This document shows positions 45,262-51,517 of a stretch of 51,517 nucleotides of DNA, piece by piece (position 1 is the stretch's first letter; each line of letters opens with the position of its first letter). Position numbers and translations under genes: made by a program. The notes under the pieces were generated by a model. It was not told where the DNA came from. It was given only the letters and a program-made list of their open reading frames with translations, and did no database searches. The DNA comes from Chara braunii (taxonomy: Eukaryota; Plantae; Charophyceae), in the NCBI GenBank assembly GCA_003427395.1, contig BFEA01000024.1, forward strand, positions 3,698,802 through 3,750,318, in the 5' to 3' direction.

Positions 45262-47535
45262 GTGAGGATCGAGTGCCAACCCAGACCCTGTGTGAGAAGG
45301 GATAGAGAGAATGAGCCACTTATTGCGGACGTGAACATTAGAATATATTTATCATCTGATGAGTGGAGGTTTCTAGTGATAGACGTGAGGCATTGTCGGG
45401 CACTCTTCTATCTAATATCTCTCAGCCGTAGGTATGGTTCTCGGTTGTTTGGGGAATTTTCGGCAAGGTCAGATACTATAGCTCGATACTCGGTTCGATA
45501 CGCGTACGATTGGGAGCTCCCCAGAGTGACTGTCGTCAGGCCTACAACAGTGCCTAGGTTTCTGACCGAGTTGATCTTCGGGAGGATCGATAGTCATCAA
45601 AAGTTGGTGAGAGCACTTAGGAAGGCCACCCAGTTTAGGGCCTCGATAGCTGAGCTAGCATGGCTGGCCACGTATTGCTTGGACAGGGCGGTACTTGATC
45701 GTAGGAAATTGAGGCGGATCTTTTTCCAAATTATGGCTGAACTCCGTCGGGGGGCAATCATAGGTGAAACAGACAGGGCTAGGATTTTAAACACTGAACC
45801 TGAAGAGGACTAGATGTCTCAGTACAAGGAGGAGTACCCAGTTGAACTCCGTCAGTTCGAGTATAGGAAGCCAAAATTTATTGGCGAGGATTGGGTAGAG
45901 TTCACCCTGCCAGGAAGGGCGGTCAAACGAGATTACCAGGGGAGAGTGGATAAGGTTTGGAGGTCAGTCTTGATAGGGTATGGAGCTTGGTTGTTTATTG
46001 CGACCTCGGTAGAATTTGATCGCGACAGGAGAGGAAGGAAAATAGTGGGGTCGGCTACGCTAGTCGTCGAGGGTCTCCTATACTACCGTACTTCAGTGCT
46101 GGGAGATATTGTCCTTAGAGCGGTGGAGCAGGGTTGGAAAGATCCGAGGCTAGGGGTCATGCCAAGCCTGACGTCCACACTTGGCCTGACGAGGAGACGG
46201 CCCGGGGAATTAATTCAGAGTGAGGTAGGAAGATTCTGGGAGGAAGAGCTTCATTGGGGTGGGGGATTTAGGTCAATAATTATCTCGTTAAGGTTGGTTG
46301 AGCAAGGCTTTCTACCATATCCGGAGGAGGCATTACGACTTCCTGTCCCCATCTTTGTGCTGGAAGATTTCCTTGGAGGACTGGATCATTTGATTCCAAT
46401 CCACTGGTCTTTCCTCCAACTGGAACTGGAGTGCTTCTTGTGGAATAGCGACGCACACCACGTCTATTACGCATTGTGGAAGGCTGGACCCATGTTTGGG
46501 GATTCGACTTTGGAATTGGTGGAAGTAATTCGGTCGGTCTCGCCCAGAGGACCAGGGGAATCACCAAGGGAGGATTAACCTAGCGAGTTCTGGATCTTCC
46601 TTGACAAAGTTATTAGGGAGTCATCTGATTATATAGCCGACTTGACCGAGTTATACAAAACTTGGGATTTTGACCCCCTCGATAGCCAGCAAGCCCTCCT
46701 AGGTTTCTTTGAGCTACGCTCTTACTATCGTAAGGTAGGGGTCTACGAAGACGAAGAGGAAGTCTACGGGGAGGAGGATTGGGATCAAGCTGAGTAGAAA
46801 GACGCTAGAGACGATCCTGGGAGTGGGAGGACTCACGCGATTTCACCGAGTACAAAGTAGGGTGATAAAGGAACTCGGAAAAAGCCGAGCTGAGTGTTAG
46901 AGAGCAGTGGTCAGGGTAGCGACCAGAATGGATTCAAGGACTAGAAATGATTGAGCTCTGGCCAGGTAGACTCTCTTGGGAAGAAGGGGTAAACTGGGGG
47001 TTGCCATCGTCTAGTGATCCAACCATTGAAGCCTTATTGAAAGACTGGAGTCCCTTGACTTTGGACGATCCTTTCTCGTACGTGATTGAGTACTTCACTG
47101 CAATAGTGAATATTGAATTAAAGGAAAAGGTCTATATACTGGTGGCTAAGTTCATGGAGGCTAATGAATATAGGGGTTTACAATTGGAAGGGGAGAAGAC
47201 TGACAGGCGCATTGTGGGGGTGTCGGAATTGGGCAGAGACGATAACATACGCCTATGAGAGAAAGTTGGAAAAAGAAGGGAAGAGGGCAACAGAATACAG
47301 CGTTGCCCCTAGTCCGCCGATAGTTACCTCGATGGGAGCAACTAGTGGCTGGGAGAAGATACGTCTTTACGTAATGACCGTGAGATTTCTCGGAACAGAA
47401 GTGCACGATGTGCGAATCGATTTACCAATAGAAAGAGAGGTCGATCTCGTTTACAGTCGACGCTGGGAAAGAGCGAGAGACGTGGTGGAAGATGAAAGGG
47501 ATAGGTTGGCTTCGTTAGGCAAGACCGTCCTCTAG
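45262..47535 (+). pseudogene. Decayed long ORF of unknown function
   Basis: ORFs 45262-45813 and 45814-46578 are in one frame, which continues past TAA (PSEFWIFLDKVIRE...EEDWDQAE). ORF 47164-47535 is in the same frame and 46947-47258 is shifted. Protein-like composition, no recognisable motif. Confidence 0.55.
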
Positions 47536-47719
47536 AGCACTCGACTACTCAGTGACCGAGTGCCAATCACTGGTCTGCTACCGTGAGACTAGCGGCCTGA
47601 GTCGATCGTTAGTTAGTGAGAGTTCCAAAACCCCAGACCGATTAAAGTTTGCCCACCTCCCGATCTCATCCAAAGGTCACCTTGGTGGGGTTTACAAAAG
47701 AGAAGAGAAGGGGAACGCT

Positions 47720-48410
47720 CCATGATCGACCTGTACGATGAAACGAGAGGGAGCAGGCAGATAGGAAGAAACAAAGACTATATGTGGTGTTCACTCGGGA
47801 TCTATACCCAATGGAGGTTCCTCTGCACGAACCCTGATCTCACCCAGGGGTCGACACAATGAAACTTTGCAGAGAGGATGAGAAAAAAATAGAGAGTGAA
47901 AAGAGGTTAACGATCTCCTGCACACTCTACCAAGAGAAAGTGGAAGGCTGGGAAGAGGAAGCTATTAATGACGTTCAGGGCTACATAAAGTTAATGCGAG
48001 AACGGGGGCTAGAATTAGTAAAAAAACAGAAGCAAATTGAGTATGTCTTATATTTCTACGGGATGAGAGATTCCACAACACTCTCTTTTATTGAGACTGC
48101 CGATCAAGCAAAGGGGATTGTCAGTGGTCAATAATGAGTCTACCATGGCAACTTTCACTCAGATCAGCTTGACCATCTAGTCTCAGAAGGACAGCTAGGA
48201 GGGAAATAGAGTACAAACGAGAACAAACTACATTGCATACCTTAGTAATCAGGTGAGGAAGTGAGCCCTCATTGCCATCGAGAGACAAAACTACCGATCA
48301 AGCACAAAGTGCATTATCAGAATTTGAGTGGTGAAGTAATCAGCACAACCCGCTCTCATTCGACGCAGTCATACAGGCTAGAGAAATCATCAAAAAATTG
48401 GCCGTGGAAC
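47720..48410 (+). pseudogene. Second decayed ORF of unknown function
   Basis: Helical, charged ORF 47859-48134 with protein-like flanking frames, on the same strand as the previous ORF. Confidence 0.35.
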
Positions 48411-48414
48411 TGAC

Positions 48415-48445
<31 letters not shown>

Positions 48446-48536
48446 NNNNNNNNNNNNNNNNNNNNNNNNNNNNNNNNNNNNNNNNNNNNNNNNNNNNNNN
48501 NNNNNNNNNNNNNNNNNNNNNNNNNNNNNNNNNNNN
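48446..48536. other. Assembly gap preceded by poly(T) (48417-48445)
   Basis: N run. The T-tract may be the poly(A) tail of an unresolved minus-strand retroposon. Confidence 0.95.
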
Positions 48537-48575
48537 CGAAAGGCCAAGTCCACAGACTTCCGGAAGGTCCAGAAG

Positions 48576-48613
48576 CTGTCTCTTATACACATCTAGATGT
48601 GTATAAGAGACAG
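48576..48613. other. Complete Nextera mate-pair junction adapter (artifact)
   Basis: Exact 38-mer CTGTCTCTTATACACATCT-AGATGTGTATAAGAGACAG next to a gap. Confidence 0.99.
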
Positions 48614-51517
48614 CCAGCGTCCCATATACATAGTGAAAATACAGGCTGAAGTAGAGAAAACCCTGCCAACACTCTTATGAGTATGGCTCAGGCATTTCAT
48701 ATCAGCAAGCACCACTTCATGATCTGCAATTTCCTCAGTGTTCTGTTACTAAGTGATCTGTGATCAGTAATTCATTGCCCCAGCGACATCAAATCATCTA
48801 GGTTACTAGAAGTTTCAACGGGTATCAGTCAGACAGTGTGCTCATCAAAGAGACACGGAGTTCATTTTCAATATCTATCTCCGCACAATTCAGTCATCCC
48901 CTGTCAGTAAATCAGTCCTGACCAGTCTGAACAGGATAGCTTTCAAAGACTCAATTCGGTATCAATATGTCAGTGCCACTGGCTTCAGGCAAGGGGACCT
49001 GTCAATCTATGCTGTCCTCACCAGATTTGCAGGCGGTACCATTCATGACCTAAGACTCTCTATGTGAAAAAGGGTATGGAGGCCCATGAGCACTTCGACT
49101 CAGTCTGGATCTCCGCAGCCGCATATCTTGAGGGGAAAGAGAGGGAACTTTACGAGAGCGGAGTTAAGCTGATTCGTAGCTTCGGACCAAAGCTTTGCAC
49201 TGACTACCCCAGGCCTCACAAACGGCTCTTGTTGGGGCGATCTGGTTGACTTGGCCAAGAGATATATCTCGCCTGCGGCGATTGATTACAAGGCAGTGAC
49301 TGAACCTTAAGAGTTCCGACATCCTAAACGAGGGATTTTCTCTCAACCATACCTTCCTACTCTATGGGAGGAATTTTGTGTTATGGTTGACTTTCGTATC
49401 ATGGGACTTGGATGGAAATGTTAAGAGCTAGCAGGCTTCAGGTGGCTCTACATTCAGAGGCCACAGTCTCAAAGAGTACAGAGACATGGCTCGAAGCACA
49501 GGAAACACACAGTAAAACGAGAGATTGAGAGTGTGATTTAGAGGGATAAATGAAGACTCAAGACTAGTGCTGGTCATGCTCTCTTCTTGTGTACTCCTTG
49601 AGATTATTATGAGTTCTCATTTTTCCCTCAATTATTGCTTCTCTGCTCGAGTCAGTTAGTCTTGCTTCATCTACATTGCATTTATTTGATGATCTTGTTC
49701 GCTGATAATCATGTCACAGTTCTCAAATTTTGAAATTTGGCAAAATTGATGCATGCATGACATACCAGAATTTTATGATTAATATGTGCATGATTTTTGT
49801 TGTTCCGAATCAAAATAAAAGATTCCTAAGACCGAGGGCCGGCGAAGACCATAATTGAAGGGTCTCGCTCGAAGCCGGACGCACACAACAGGAAGGGATT
49901 TGCTTCATTTTATTTATTTTATTTATTGCAATCATCATCCAAATCCTGCGTGACAGCCTGTCGGCTTTCTAGTCGCCTGAAGAGGGCCGACTAGAAAAAG
50001 TGAACAACGCGCGTCCAGGTTCACACAAGTAGATCTCCTCGCTGTTGGCTTCGATGGTCACCGTGATTGTCTTGCCCTTGTCCACCTCTCCAGTTAGGCA
50101 ATCTCTTTCTGCTTACAATCCCCTAAGTCCTCCATGGGGGAGCTGGTAACACTCACGCGCGTTACGTTCGAACGAGCTCGCGAACTGCGGCTCCAAGGCA
50201 TTTCTGTGTTGATCCAGGCAATGGCGTCCATAACTGACAGGACAGAAGTGGGTACATGGTACCTCGCTCGCGTTGTTCCCCTTGTTCGGAGAGATTTCCC
50301 CCCCGATTCCCGTTGTCTCCCAATGTCCCTTTCTCATCAGCGTCGCTCCTATTACTCCCCCCGACCCAATTCCGCATGCCTGGTAGGACTTGGGGTGTCC
50401 TCACACTACGACCCCAAATCCGCAAAATATGCAGATTCGGGAAGGGCGGATTTGAAGTTTTGGGCATCGTTCATGTCACACCGATGTACCTGTTCAGATG
50501 GGACAAGGTCACCGCCGTTTGGAGAAATGGGGATTTGGTACTTGGCTGGTCACACGACGCCAGCCTCGAATTGTGCAAGAGCTTTTGTGAACAAATTTTG
50601 CCAAATTTCGAAGAAGATGCGAAAAATGAAGTAGGGCATTTGCGGTCACCTCTAGAGGTGATCGCAAAATCCCTTGCCCCGCGGCTTCCCAGGCCGCTGA
50701 CAAATGGGCACAGGAATAGTACATTTGTGGATTTGGTAGATCCGTGTGACTGGCCATTCCCTTTTTTTTTGGGATTTTGGGAATATAGGTCCCTGTGTGA
50801 GTATGCCCTCAGGCTTGTTGCCTTCACCCGCCGGTCCTCGTGAATCGTGGCCTGAGAGCGTTTACATGCGCTTTGTCAGTGGTGGCGGGGTCTCCAGATT
50901 TCAAGGCATCCGCAAATCTGGCCCGATGCCTGCGTTCGTCCCCCCCTTTTGCTTTCCTTTATCTAGATCAATCGGAGTCCGTCGTCGGCTATTTCATCCT
51001 GTCCGTATCCTACCCCATCTTAGGAAAAATGCATGCAGCGTTACGTATTTTTGCCTTGATAGCCATGTCCTGAAGGCCTAGTGCTGTACGCACTCACCAC
51101 ACCCTGTTGTACTCACAACAGCATCCAATTTCCCAGGCGAACGGCCTCTGGTCAAAAGAAGAATGTTGGCAGGACAATCCCGCAATATGGGTCTGCATTT
51201 AGACCGACTGTTTTGCCCCTGTTGATCTGGAGCTGCACGCACCTTTAAACCACCAGTACCTCGCCCAGCTATAAAAAAAAGTCGCGGCCGTTAACGCGCC
51301 GCAACTTTAGGGGGTCGGGTGAGGCTTGGCATGGCAAAGGGGCAGGAAGCTGGTGGCCCCATGGGAATCTCCCACAAGGACTGCAAGATGTCCTTGTGGT
51401 ATACAATGTGGAAATGCGCGGGCAGTGGCAGGAGAGAGGGAAAAGAAGACAAAAAAGAAAACGGACGTGGAAAAAAAAAAGAGAGATCATTGCTTTTTTT
51501 TTTTTTTTTTTTTTTTT

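Noticed and set aside
48576-48613. Perfect 38-bp palindrome resembling Tn5/IS50 ends (possible bacterial transposon transfer)
   Set aside because: It is the exact Nextera mate-pair junction adapter beside a gap, so a library artifact.
49977-49998. ctgaaga...gaaa as a second hammerhead
   Set aside because: No stem II between the core motifs and no stem III/UH; it folds as a simple hairpin instead.

Overview
Eukaryotic, almost entirely transposon-derived window from a scaffolded assembly (three N-gaps, two Nextera mate-pair adapter remnants). Composition and element types suggest a repeat-rich green-lineage genome such as a charophyte alga; this is inference. No intact host gene is supported. 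The core is a nest of retroelements. Three decayed Penelope-like elements (PLEs) have the permuted Naiad/Chlamys-type order (GIY-YIG N-terminal to RT). Each carries a ~350-450 aa N-terminal extension (low-complexity or RS-rich head, coiled coil, SAP-like motif, acidic linker). PLE-1 (minus) has a type I hammerhead ribozyme in its 3' UTR and is split by a young ~7 kb L1/Tx1-type LINE with a 17-bp TSD and poly(A). The apparent ORF2 frameshift in that LINE is an adapter-induced assembly artifact. PLE-2 has an upstream partial tandem copy (pseudo-LTR). PLE-3 sits inside a second, older L1. Further right are an L1 endonuclease fragment, a degenerate Ty3/gypsy element (LTRs, tRNA-iMet PBS, gag), minisatellites, and a ~5 kb run of same-strand decayed ORFs I cannot assign, whose first ORF is bracketed by related hairpin motifs.
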